Origin: Trichoplax adhaerens
Lineage: Eukaryota > Animalia > Placozoa
DNA: 64,000 bases
Reading direction: 5' to 3'
NCBI RefSeq assembly: GCF_000150275.1
Contig: NW_002060943.1
Coordinates: forward strand, 3,222,444 to 3,286,443
In this document: in pieces, positions 49,933-62,848 of the stretch
Position numbering within the stretch: position 1 is the first letter of the stretch
Layout: every line of letters begins with the position of its first letter
Made by a program: the position numbers and the translations under genes
Notes under the pieces: model-generated
Databases searched by the model: none
What the model saw: the letters and a program-made list of their open reading frames with translations, nothing else
Told to the model about the DNA's origin: nothing

Positions 49933-51568
49933 ATGACTGAAAAAAATGATCCAAAAACACCAGACGCCAATCCATCAGAGTTAATCGACAAAGTGTTTGA
50001 TATGCCGTTGCAAAGTTATGATGATTTCATGTCTGAATTTATGTATTTGACAAAAGGTGATGCTTACGAAGTAAATTATTCCCTATCAATTTAAAGCTTC
50101 ATCAAAGCTAAATGATAGACACCGTTATGGCATTACATTCCCATTTCGTCTATAACCAGGTAGCAATTTATGTCTTACTGTTGGATCTTTATATATCTTT
50201 ATTTCATAGACAATGTGAAACAGACGAAATTGAGTACAAGTAATAATTATAACAAGAACTACGAAAGCCAGGATACTCAACCAAAGACCGTAAACGCTGA
50301 AGTTGAACTTTCCGAGGAAGTAAGTCATTTCTAATCTTCAATTACTGTATGAGCAGATCTAAAATAGACTCAAAAACTAAAAAACTTAGCTACTGTAAAA
50401 ATGATACATATCTAATTTACTTGCTTTGATTAACGGTATTTCTACACAAATTCTATAATAGCAAATTGGGATTGGTCTTCGACGACAAGAGTTTTTGATG
50501 AGAAATGATTCAGAGTCTTTACCATCTGCAATTAAGGTATTGAAGATATACTTATGATAAATTTGATTAGTGTATTGATGCACTTCTAGAATTGATACTC
50601 GGCATGCAATTTTATGGGAGTAGGTGCTTTACTATTAAATCTACGAATAAAAATTCAATCAATTGTAACAACGAAAAATATATCTCGCACAGTTTGATAA
50701 CTTAGTGCCATTAGAGGACGACTTAGGTATTGAAGACCTGGATAATGAAGATAAAACTACAATATGCAAAACTACTAAGACAATAACAAAATTGATGGCT
50801 GATGAGCAAAACGATGAATTTCGGGAAGACGAAAAGTCAACAATTGAATCAGAATTGGATAATCGTACGTTCGTACTTGTGCTATTATGCGAGTACTAAT
50901 TTAATACACGAATATTAAAAACAAAACTTGCGATTTAAAATAGTTTTCTAACTCGTTAAAATACTAACTTTTAGCTATAAAGTATCCAAGCCAGCAATCT
51001 CCGTTACCAGGAGAAATTAGCAACGATAATCAAGGTTTAATAGATCTAAAATGTTTTTAATCCGGCGAAATAAATATATCATTTGCATTCTATTTGCTAC
51101 CTTATTTAAAAACATACTTTTCAACCTTTTATTAGAGAATTTTGCAGTAAACTCAACCACTACGTATCTAAAGCTACAAACTACAAATGAAAATATTTCT
51201 CTAGAATCCACCGGTGATGACGTAACAATTTCCATGGAGGAAAAAAAGAATGAAAAGGTTGATCATAGCTGTATTTTTGCATTTGGTGTCTAAAAATTTT
51301 GTCATAGGACTCTTGTACGATCGATAATTTTGCGGTAATTGATTATCAAATTAGGAAATGGGATACAAAATCATTATAGGCAAATGATTAAAATCCATAA
51401 CCATTGTACGCGGTGTATTGATGAGATATTTCCAATTTTGTTTTATTGCTCTAGACTCGAACCAATGACGTTATTCCTTTTTCATTAGACACAAGTTTTG
51501 ACTACGATCGTGTTCAATTGACTCCTAAATTTTCTCAGAATGACTTATTAGATAAAAAACAGGTTTGA
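49933..51568 (+). CDS. IFTAP: Intraflagellar transport-associated protein (C11orf74 / NWC)
   Basis: Seven phase-consistent exons. N-terminal block LIDKVFDMPLQSYDDFMSEFMYL, then K|FDNLVPLED, PLPGEI, and last-exon DVIPFSLDTSFDYDRVQLTPKFS. These match, from memory, the conserved C11orf74 blocks (VLDKF...QTY...F, LPGEV, FSLDEEFDYDNVMLTSKFS). Confidence 0.75.
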
Positions 51569-52538
51569 AAAGTATTCTCTGACTAAACAGACTCAACATT
51601 CTTTCCGTGATTTATGTGCGGTAAAAGAGACCGCCTAGCTAACTTTTAAAAAGTGTATGCAATGTATATTATGTTCTTAATGATGTGCTTATAATAATTC
51701 ACTGTGTAAATAGCTTTGTATCGAAGACACTCTCTGTGTTATATACAAATATGTTGTAATAAAGAATATGATCATATACAGTGCGTAATTCGATATGAAT
51801 GAAATTGATACTTGTTCATTTTAGGCTTACTGTATTTTCCATGTTGTATAGGTGTGCATAGATATGATAGCCATTTTTAAATCGTACTGATCTAAATTTC
51901 GGTTTATGAAATTGTTATTGATAGAATATAAAGTGCGCTTAAATTTTGTTAATCTATGTAAATATTTTCATTTTATGTGCCATTTATCAACTGAAGGTGT
52001 TTATAGAAGCTACGTCGTAGCTGACTGGTACTCGTTGTATGCTACTTGCGAGGAAAAAAATTCTAGTAATGTAATCATCGCTAAGTAAATGACATGTCAA
52101 TCCTAAATTATAGCCCACTACGACAAAAGCCAAATAAACTGTAGTAAATAGAGTAGACTCTTCAAACCTACGTTTCGATGTGTACTAATATCGCTTAATC
52201 TATTCTATATCAATTAAAGCATTAGCATATCCTTAACAATTTTCCATTATTGACAAGAAAATCATAACTTTAGACAACTTGTTCATGTCTGCATTAAATA
52301 TTGATTGTTGCACCAACGAACTTGAATAAAAGATACCTATGAAAACTATTATAAACTCGAAAGCAACTTTGCAATCCATACCTACCGCTAATATCTGGCA
52401 CAGTTTTAGGTGTTATAATCTGGCAATGAGCTTCCATACTTAGTCCAAGGAAGTTAACAAGTTTGTCAAACTACTACTTCCACATGGATATAATGTTTGC
52501 ATCAGTGATAAGATCATTATGGATAAAAATCTGATTAT

Positions 52539-55500
52539 TCATTTTACACTCAAGTGTAGCATAATGCAAGAGTATAAACTAGATGATTTTGCATATTTCA
52601 AGTTGTTCATATTACGTTTCCAGAAATTTATTTCATGTACCTTAGTCTTTCTATACAGTAGTTACAAGAATTAAACGCTATGATACTCACATTTAACGGT
52701 AAGTTGTCGGAAGGAAAAGGATAATCTCTTTAATATGAACTGTTTTAATATTTCTCTATTGCGTGCTTATACTAGTCGTTGCAAAGTGCAGTGCACATAA
52801 TTTTGAAAAGTTGAATAACATATTTAATTCATATTAATAAGCATTTCATATCATGGCTTTCTTAAAATAAATTTTAATTATGAAATTTGCATGATTTTGT
52901 ACCAATATAGCTATTCATCGTTATAAAATAAGCTGTAATCAAATGAAATTTCTAAAAGAGTACATAGGATGACAAAAAGCAAGGGGATAAATTCGTTCAA
53001 ATTTTTTATATAGACCAATATTGTAATTAGTATGTCAGGTTATACTTTTAGTGATTCATTATACTTTGCGTCAGCAATATTAGCTTGCTGCTGATATTCA
53101 GTACAAACTTTCTCGATAATGTCCTCAGATGGATGATTCTGCAACAATTTTAACGTATCAAGGTTCTTTTTTAATAGTTGATATTCACTGAAAAGTTGAC
53201 TAGATTGCCTGGCTATAGAAGCAATTGATTTGGTTAAATCGTTCAGCTGTTTGCCCATGGATTCCATCTGCTGGGTTATGTTATTAGAATTTGAAACTTT
53301 TGATGGAGCTGTTGTGGATACGAGGTGAGTAGTTGGTGAACCTTGTGAAACTATTTATCCAAAGAAAATGAAGAATAAACTTAGACCGTCAAGCCATCAA
53401 GTAATTTATTATGTTTAAAGTGATCAATGATTGCAAAAGACCATTCAAATAGTTGAGTAACATCAGACTTTTAACTATAACTTGTAGGCGTAAAATAGCA
53501 GATGGATGGATCATTTTTCTTACATTAATTCAAAAAAATTGTTTACCTGCTACATTGCAATGCTCACCAGCGTAGCCATTATTGCATAGGCATTGATAGC
53601 CATTGGTTGACAATTTACAAACGCCATTCTGGCAAGGATTAGAGGCACAGTAATCTCGGAGATGGCAATTTTTACCTGAATAACCCTGGTCGCATTTACA
53701 TCGGTAGCCGGAATTATGCCCTAGACATTTTCCGTGCTGACAAAGATCGGGATCGCAAAAATCTATCATTAAAGTATGAAGGTAAAAATGAGCGAATTAC
53801 CATAAAAATATGACCGCCTGTATAGGTATTCTAACATGCTATTTTAAATTTATGTAATGACTTAGTATCCTAGATTTAGTACATGCTCAATCTAATAATG
53901 CAACAATCAATATCAATCAATTAAATTCTCCTACATACTTCTCTTGGCACCGCAGTATCTTTTATTACAGGCCGAAAATGGTTTTAACTTGTACACGAAA
54001 AATCGGCCGCAATTGCGAACTTGGATTCGCTTTGACGATTGGCAGCAATTACGACCAAAATAAAAGCAAGCAGTTCTGTTGACGATGCCTTCTTCAACTA
54101 GTAATATATGGAAATAAAACTAGGATTAGATCAAAGAGAGCTAATTCGATTCTAGTTAGTCGATAAATGCTTTATGAGGAGAAAGTGATAGTAGCAACGG
54201 TTTCCCCAGTAGAATATATAGTGTATTCCTATATTTGTTGCTCTAAAGTTTTAGAAGGAAAAGGATCATATCCAAAGAATGCGAAAAGAACCGTAATAGT
54301 TCTATAGATTATTTTACTTATACTACGCTCCTCAAGATTGAATGCTAAAACTATGACTGTGGTTGCTATCTTGGTGAATATAATTTTGGCAAATATTATA
54401 TCTAGACAGGATAACACCAGTATAAATGTAAATAGCTATAATCGAAGTAGTAAGAAGAAAATTTTTCCCACCGTTGTATTACAGTAATTAATTTCATAAT
54501 AAATGACAGTCAATGACTAAAGCTGATATTAGCTCCATTTCACTATCATGTCTTTCCATAAATATGCAATAAGACTAATGGATTAACGAGAAATATATAA
54601 TTAATAATGAATGGATGCATTTCTAGTTAGCACGTCTATTGATAATTCACTATCTATAAATTATGGATTTGTCTATCTTGACAATCATTGATCTACCAGT
54701 ATTAAGTAAAAATTAATATTCTCCAAGTTTAGTCAATAAAAGTTATGGTATACTAACGAATTTATAGATGGTGTAATTTTAATTTATTTTTTTGTTGCCT
54801 ATCTTACCGCTAGGATGGTTTCCTTTCATCCATCCAACTGAAAAAGCACCGCATACCATATAGCGTTCAACACATTTAGTTAACATCATTTGGCTATTGC
54901 GGCCTCCATTAAATCGATACCACAATTCCGGATTGACATTCGTATCGCATTTTATTGGAAATGAACTTTTAACAGTAGCCGATCGATCGGTTTCGCGAAG
55001 TTCCTTATAGCCAACACATGGATCTATATAATAACATAGTGTTGATATCAAATATCCAAAATCACGATCAGATCGCATGATTTTAAGTAATTTAGATGAA
55101 GAAAAAACGACAATTTATTATCTACAATAAACCATGATAATTAATAACAAAACGAAAAGAAATAATAGGCCCTGGTAAAAACTCACCTTGTCCAGATTGG
55201 CCATTGCAAATCGCCAGGAATGTCTAAAATTAGAAAGAACAATTGCTTCATTTTTAAAATAGGTAAATAATAATTAAACTATTCAGAATTGATGCAAGTT
55301 GATCTGGATACTGGATTGCAGTTTCAAGTTAATAATTATTTGTTACGATGATTGATAAATATCCCTTCTTTACATGCTGTGATAATGTAATCGCTAGTTA
55401 TTTATTATATGTACATAAAGATGTAAATAAATATTTTTAAGACATTAGACGACGGAAATCAAGATAGAATTTATGGAAATAGCTATTCCAAGTTGAAGAT

Positions 55501-57355
55501 AGCCTGACGTATTAGCTAAAAGGCTAAAAATAGTCCCTGGCTATTTATAAACTATGTAGGTAAAGCTATAAAGTGAGTACTTCAAGATAATCGACGACGG
55601 ATATTAAGACAAAACTTATTGTAATGACATTTTCAGGACAGTAACGACTGCTGTCTTAACTGAAAGACTAGATATAATCCCTAACTATTTTATTATATTT
55701 AACTAAAGATATAAGTAAATGCTGATAAAGTAGTAGATGGTGGAAATCTAAAACTTATCGAAAGGGATTTTCCAAGTTGATAATAACTTGCGATGTTAAG
55801 TAGAAGATTAAATCAAGTCACTAACTTAGTATTCTGTCTTTGATATTAGCTATTTATCACGACTACATAAATGATACAAATAACTATTTTTAAGATAGTA
55901 GAAGGCAGAAATTAAGGTGGAACTCATTGAAATAATATTCCCAAGTCAACAATCTTCTGCTATGTCAAGTAAAAAGACTAAATACAATCTTTAGCTATTT
56001 ATCATATACAACTAAATAGATATAAACAATTACAGTTAGCAAAGTAGATGGCGAAGATATAGACAGGATTTCGTGAAATGATTTTCCCAGCCGATAATAA
56101 CCTACCGTAGAACTGATAGGCTAAATATAATCTCTAGTTATTTATCATTCGTAATTAAAGGCGATGGATCAAGATGGAACTTATTAAAATAACATTTCCA
56201 GGTCGATAACATGTGATATTGGCTGAAAGATGCCAGAAATTACGCTGTGATCACTATCGTAGCTTTCGTGATTATTTAAGATCATGAATGATTATAATTA
56301 TTAAGAGAATTAAATTACTGTTGCAAATCAATGATAGTCTATTCTAATGATCCTAAAGATGGAAATTTTCTTCATATTATTATGTCATAAATGATCACTA
56401 GCTACTTAGTAATCTATCGATAAACAAATATCGTACTAGCTATTTAAGAGAGTAGATAACTAGAACCAGTGATAAAATCTACGAAAATGATTTTTAGAGT
56501 TAATAGCGGCCTACAATACCAATTGAAAGATATAAAAAATTTCTGTAATATTGTATGATTAACAACTACAGTTGTTTGTTCGATGTCGGAGAAAGAATAA
56601 AGAACTAATTGATAGTTCGATTTAAACGCGAAAAATAAGGAAAGAGTGTTAATTAGTTAATAGCTTATTTTGCCTATTTTATAAAGATGAGAAATGATGA
56701 TAACATTTTCCATTAGCTAGTTAGTAGAGATTAGAGAGATACTTCTAAATTAGTAGATAACTATATCAAAAGATAGAAGCTACAAAAATGGGTATTGACT
56801 AGTTATTAACCACCTGTTATTGGCTATAAAAATTTTAACAATTTCTATATATGAAATAATATCTATTACTACTGTATACTTAATTATGATCCATAAAGGA
56901 ATGATCTTAAGCTATCATTGGGTTAGATTAGATGCTGTAATAGGGTGGAAAGGATACTGACGTCAACTGTAAAAGCGTAATACTACCTTAGAAACTGAAA
57001 AAGGATGGGATAAGAATATTTTATGGGTAATGATCACTTTGGTTAATTTATAAGCTTCTACAATAAAAAAGGTGATTGCCAGCTATCAATTAATTAAGAT
57101 CAAGCAGTAATACTTCTATGCTAGTGCTGAAGCTAATTAGATTCAAAAGATAGGTAGTACAAATCACTAATTACAAAATAGGTTACTAAAGTAAATTATA
57201 AAATAACGGATAAGATTATCACAAGCGTAGAATGGCAACTTTAATTCTAAAGTCTATTCTTGAATTTATAAATTATCGGTTACTTTTAGAATTTTTTAAT
57301 ATCAGAATTAAACTATCTTTCTTACCAAAAATAGGGCAATATTATGGAAATACAT
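52539..57355 (-). CDS. Secreted protein: signal peptide + UMOD/GP2/OIT3-type D8C domain + 2 EGF + S/T linker + coiled coil; last exon uncertain
   Basis: MYFHNIALFL|TFLAICNG (57355-57326 and ~55224-55188); DPCVGYKEL...CDT...WYRFNG...CV...CGA...GWMKGNHP|...VNRTACF...CC...IQVRNC.RFFVYKL...C...YC; EGF repeats in 53763-53547; helical tail in 53350-53046. Confidence 0.8.
55445..56520. repeat. Highly degenerate ~145-bp tandem repeat in the first intron of the D8C-EGF gene
   Basis: Recurring agaYgRcggaaat..aga..gaacttat.gaaat.a.atttcc.agt.gataa motif at ~55448, 55592, 55735, 55900, 56046, 56160 and 56454. Confidence 0.55.
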
Positions 57356-59500
57356 AGCCTATACGTTCCAGTAAATTTAAAGTATATGTTTTTGACTTCG
57401 ATATTGTCAATCTCAGCGCTTATAAGATGGCTCCAGGGTCACGTCTAGGATGAAAAGTACTTCGATAGAAATTTGTTGACTCTTTTATAATATTTTTGCT
57501 AGTATATTTTTATACTGTACTAATTTCTTAAAATAGCATTGAATATTTAGCCACGCATTTTCAAACAGCAGGATTACTGTTGTCGTCCTCGCCATCTTCA
57601 TAGGAGATCAGAAGAAGGTACTGATGTTATCTTAAAATATCAGTAGAATTTAGGCATTTTAAGCAGTAGAATTACTAATATCTGCCTTATTATCTATACT
57701 GGAGATCAATTTGGTATTTTGATATATTCTTAATATAATTAAAACTATTAAACCAGGCGTTTTAAGCTACAGGACTGCAATCATCCGCGTCGCCACGTTG
57801 ATAGGATAACATCAAGATAAATAAATTGAATGTTGTTGACGTCATCAATAGAAAATTACTCATGAAAAAAGAAGATTTTCTATTAGATCATCTAGCTGAC
57901 GATTTGATAGGACTTTGCTAAAAATACGAGTAATCCTATGATTCATGATTTAAATAGAATAAGATTTAATTGAGATGCTTAGATTTAATTGAGCAATGAA
58001 AGAAAACAGTATTATCGAATTCATGAGTACATTCCATTCGATTAAGCTAACTACCCTTTCTAATCTGGCATACAAATCTACTTTTAAACGATTCTTGAAA
58101 AGCATACCAGGTTAGATGCAATAAAATTTCATCCGAATATTATTATATGAAATGATTGCGGTTATCATTCATTTGCATAGCAAATTTACCACGCTGGGTG
58201 TAATAGTATTTCATCGGGCTGTTAATAGAAATGGAAAAATTGCTCTTATTATTTGTCCGCGTAGTGAAGGACTTTCATCTCCATCATATTTCCAGTTTTT
58301 ACTATTATTAGAGAATTGCATCACTTTGGATGCTTTAGAGAAGACTAGAATAGACTATCGATCTTTTGCACAAAAAGAATATATAGAAGAACGAAAGGGT
58401 GGCAAAGCAAATATTAAATCTATAAACTCAAATGCATTTAAAAGTTTCATCCAAATAAATTATAAGAAATGGTCTTGCGCTTGCTACGTAGTAAATATTA
58501 CCCTGGACTGAGCTGATACTGCAAACAGTTATTTCGAAAACAAGCTTATCATAGGGATAATTTAGAATTATCTATAAAGCTTTTATGCAAGATTTATGAT
58601 TGAATGATTGATCTATGTAGCTTTACAGTATTACCCGTAAATGATGTAATAAGGTTGAATAATTTTAGATGAAATTCTCTAGTAATTGCGAATGAAGGTC
58701 ATTCTATTTTGATGTTATCTGATGGGTTGAGGGGAAGTAAAACACAAGTAGATCTCAAAGGGTGCCAGAACAAGAATTTTATGTTCGAACAGTCTGCGTA
58801 TAATGTAGCCAACTCTAAAATAATAAGTAGCATAAATGTGTTTAAAACTTGAAAGCGCTGTATATAAAACGTTAATTTTATTGTATTTAAGTTTTTTCCT
58901 TACCGAATAACCATAAAACGGATTTAGGAATAGTATTATTCATCTTATGCAAAATGTAAATTTAAAAGTCTCTCTCTATTTTGCTACTATAATAATAAAT
59001 ATCAATTTCGATATACAATAGGAAATACATGACTTAAAACAATAGGATCCTTCTTTTAGATTTAATTAAAAAATAATAAGTTTTATAACTATTATAAGAT
59101 ATTTTCTCGTTATTATAGCTAAATAATAAGACGATATAAAATTTTAATATTAGTAAATAATTTTTTAATACAATTTACTCTGCACTTTTCTGTAAGCTGT
59201 ATAGGAAAGTTAATTACTACATTATTAAGCAAATAAAATAGTTTGCTGCGTTCTGTCACGAAATTATACATGTATAATGGATCGTGAAGTTTAGAGATAC
59301 CAAAACTAGCAATAATATTCATAAAATAGGAATGTAGGAATGTATATAAGCAGATCAATCATAGAGAAAATATCTTGCGCTACCAGCTGAAATTGTAGTT
59401 CAATAAACAAGTTATTATAAAAATTAATAACTCATTTCATATCTTGTGATATAAAAATAGAAAGACAGTTCGAAAATAATAGTGCCTATAAACTGTGAGA

Positions 59501-59550
59501 NNNNNNNNNNNNNNNNNNNNNNNNNNNNNNNNNNNNNNNNNNNNNNNNNN
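59501..59550. other. Assembly gap (N run); further gaps at 60827-60876 and 62678-62797
   Basis: Runs of n in the sequence. Confidence 1.
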
Positions 59551-60251
59551 ACAAGTGCTGCCTTTCGGCAACTTACTGATGTAAATATTCATATCATCAC
59601 CAATGATCTAATATGGCGGCAAATCAGAGATCGGTGAATAATAGATCTCAAGCATTTGCATATCTTAAACGAGAAAAATTTAGGTCGTATCGATTTATGA
59701 ATTGCTATTTATTGTCCCCCAATTCGTCACCAACGCTTAACAGATCGATCTAAGATCATATGGAACCAATGTTGCGTGCCTGGCCATTCTTACACTAGAG
59801 AATTCTTAAAACTGCTTGGCTTAGAAATAGATAATCAAGTGAGAAGGTAAATGAATTTTAATTTTAATTTATGATTGCAAGCATTTATTTTCATCTCAAC
59901 ATAGCATCATTTCTTACATTTATTTAAATAATTTGGCTGCGATAACTGATTTTCTACAGTTCATAAGACGACATTAGCCGACAGTAGAAATTGCAAAGTT
60001 ATCACTTTGATACCTTGAGCATTTAAAGCGATCAGTAACTACTGAATCCTTCAAATACTCTCTGCTATTCAAATCTTTCAACAGATTCTTAACACTATCT
60101 TTGGCTTTAAATGTGTTCTATTCTCTCTCATAGACTAAGTTACTTTTTTTGCAACAATCTCTAGCCGTTAATTTTATGCGTGTGTTGATGTATTAACAAA
60201 ATGGCTTGCAAAAACTAACGTGATTATGACCATCATTATCGTGTAGAGTAA

Positions 60252-60826
60252 TTGAATATGCTAACAGAAAACGATGAACAAACACCGATAGGAGAAAAGC
60301 ATGGAGAATTGAAAGATGATGATTCCCCTATCACCCTTTTCTTACAAAAATTAAGCTCCAAATTACCCCAAAAATCAAGCGTCTTTGATCGAGTTCGTGA
60401 AGTGATCGATCAAAAAGAACCCTATTACGAACCATGGCCTGAAGATAAGATGAAAATGTGCTTCTTGATTAGAAATAAGAAATTATTGCCAGGTGGAACC
60501 AAAGACAGGAAATTTTTTACGCAATATTTAGGGCCAAATTTTTGTTTTAATCAAATGTATAAAAGCTGGGAAGTAACCAAAGGATACGATTCTTGGCGTG
60601 ACAGAAATCTAGAATATGAAGGTGACGATCTTGGTTTATCTCAAGAGCATCTCTTAGATTTTAAATCAGCATTAAGGCAAGAGTACCTTAATAACTATAA
60701 TTCCAGCCGGTTATCTTCAATAAGTGTTACAACGGAATCAGAATCGACATCATCAACCGAGTTTGTGCCACCTCTTAATGAGGTAGAGGAGACTACCTTA
60801 GCTCGTGCCTCAACAAGACGCAATAA
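60252..60826 (+). pseudogene. Orphan coding-like segment (about 190 codons) truncated by a gap; possibly a decayed gene
   Basis: Long open frame with protein-like composition (EPYYEPWPEDKMKMCFLIRNKKLLPGG...). There is an in-frame TAA just after the likely acceptor, and the upstream exon-like segment 59645-59846 has in-frame stops. Family not recognised. Confidence 0.35.
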
Positions 60827-61035
60827 NNNNNNNNNNNNNNNNNNNNNNNNNNNNNNNNNNNNNNNNNNNNNNNNNNATTAGAAGGATGACAGAATGGATC
60901 ATGTACCTAAAGAACCTTTCTATTTCTATTCGTACGCACACTCTACTCTCGTATCATAAGGTACCTCCCTATTTTAGAGATTCTATTCTCTCCACAGTTT
61001 ACGCCTACTGCATTCTGAGATAAGTGATCATCCGA

Positions 61036-61786
61036 TCTGATTGCATTAAATTACCAGAGATTACTGCACAATAGTTTTACCTAATGCAAATGCAAGTGAA
61101 TTGGATTTGATTTGGACCGGGTAAAAATTGTGCAGTAGGTCCCGTCTGATTGCATTATTACTGTACATTACCAGAGACGACTGCACAATAGTTTTACCTA
61201 ATGCAAATGCAAGAGAATTAAAATTTGATTTGGACTGGGTAAAAATTGTGCAGTAGGTCCCGTCTGATTGCATTACATTACCAGAGACGACTGGACAATA
61301 GTTTAGCCTAATACAAATCCGAGTGAATTGGATTTGATTTGGATTGGGTAAAAATTGTGCAGTAGGTCCTGTCTGATTGCATTACATTACCAGAGACGAC
61401 TGGACAATAGTTTAGCCTAATGCAAATCCGAGTGAATTGGATTTGATTTGGACTGGGTAAAAATTGTGCAGTACAGAGACGACTGCACAATAGTTTTACC
61501 TAATGCAAATGCAAGAGAATTAAAATTTGATTTGGACTGGGTAAAAATAGTGCAGTAGGTCCCATGTGATTGCATTACATTACCAGAGACGACTGCACAA
61601 TAGTTTTACCTAATGCAAATGCAAGAAAATTAAAATTTGATTTAGACCGGGTAAAAATTGTGCAGTAGGTCCCGTCTGATTGCATTACTGTACAATGTAC
61701 ATTACCAGAGACGACTGCACAATAGTTTTACCTAATGCAAATGCAAGAGAATTAAAATTTGATTTGGACGGGGTCAAAATTGTACG
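61036..61786. repeat. Minisatellite, about 7 units of ~109 bp, each internally palindromic
   Basis: tctgattgcatt unit starts at 61036, 61145, 61263, 61372, (deleted unit ~61475), 61565 and 61675. Confidence 0.95.
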
Positions 61787-61949
61787 GTAAGTCATGCTGC
61801 GCTACGTGAATTTATTTTTCCCGTGAATTCAAAGGTCATACACTATCAACAATAGGATTGTATGGAACACTGATACCATACTATAGGGGTACAGCATCGA
61901 GAATATTCGGGACCGGCAGCGTAAAACTGCTCCATACAAAAGTAGTGCA

Positions 61950-62640
61950 TTTCACGGATCATTTTACAACCAACAAATTGAAGTTTATATGGCGCAGTTT
62001 TAAAGTGCTGGAATATGGCGATCATCACCGTCCGGTAGCAGCCTATATCATGCATCGTTTTAAACAAATTGAATGGAGTGCTTTTGTATGGCATGGCATA
62101 GTTTTACAGTGCTGGATGGGTAAAATCGGCTTCGGTTTAGACAATTTTTGAAATTGTCCGCTACCTCGATTGACGTAATCAAAAATGCCAAATTTAAATA
62201 ACGACCCTGATGGCGATGATCACCGTCCGGTAGTAGTTCCGTTGGTAGCCTATTTCATGGATCATCAACAAACAAATTGAAGTGCTTTTGTTATGGCACA
62301 ATTTTACAGTGTTGGAATATGGCGATCCTCACCGAGCGGTGGCAGCCTATTTCATGGATCATTTTAAACAGATTGAATTGAGTGCTTTTGTAAGGCATGG
62401 CATAGTTTTACAGTGCTGGATGAGTAAAATCGGCTTCGGTTTGGACAATTTTTGAAATTGTCCGCTGCCTCCATTGACGTGATCAAAAATGCCCAATTTA
62501 GCGACCCTGATGGCGATCATTTCGAGACGCTTAGAGAAGGGTCTCTCGTCATCATCACCGTCCGGGTGAGGTCCGGTGGTAGCCTATTTCATGGATCATA
62601 TGAAGTTAAATAAAACAAAATTGAAGTGCTTTTTATTTTT
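61950..62640. repeat. Complex tandem repeat (~100-bp subunits, ~300-bp higher-order duplication)
   Basis: atggcgatcatcaccgtccggtagcagcctat.tcatggatcatttt..acaaattgaa..gtgctttt recurs at ~62015, 62210, 62319 and 62510; the block 62060-62220 is duplicated at 62360-62520. Confidence 0.85.
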
Positions 62641-62848
62641 ACTGTTGACGATGCTGTACAGTATGCCGCTATAAACTNNNNNNNNNNNNNNNNNNNNNNN
62701 NNNNNNNNNNNNNNNNNNNNNNNNNNNNNNNNNNNNNNNNNNNNNNNNNNNNNNNNNNNNNNNNNNNNNNNNNNNNNNNNNNNNNNNNNNNNNNNNNTTA
62801 ACGATGGTATATAGCATTTTAGCCTAGGGATTACCCTGTTTTATCATC

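Noticed and set aside
50125-50583. Minus-strand ORFs with a hydrophobic stretch suggesting a nested membrane-protein gene
   Set aside because: They are antisense shadows of phase-consistent IFTAP exons on the plus strand.
55445-56520. Intronic ~145-bp repeats as decayed LRR exons
   Set aside because: No consistent LxxLxLxxN frame or splice-site pattern could be recovered.
61036-61786. Possible tandem hammerhead-ribozyme (retrozyme-like) array
   Set aside because: I found no CUGANGA...GAAA catalytic core on either strand of the unit.
61846-62151. ORFs 61858-62151 (+) and 61846-62094 (-)
   Set aside because: They lie largely within a non-coding tandem repeat whose other copies are not open.
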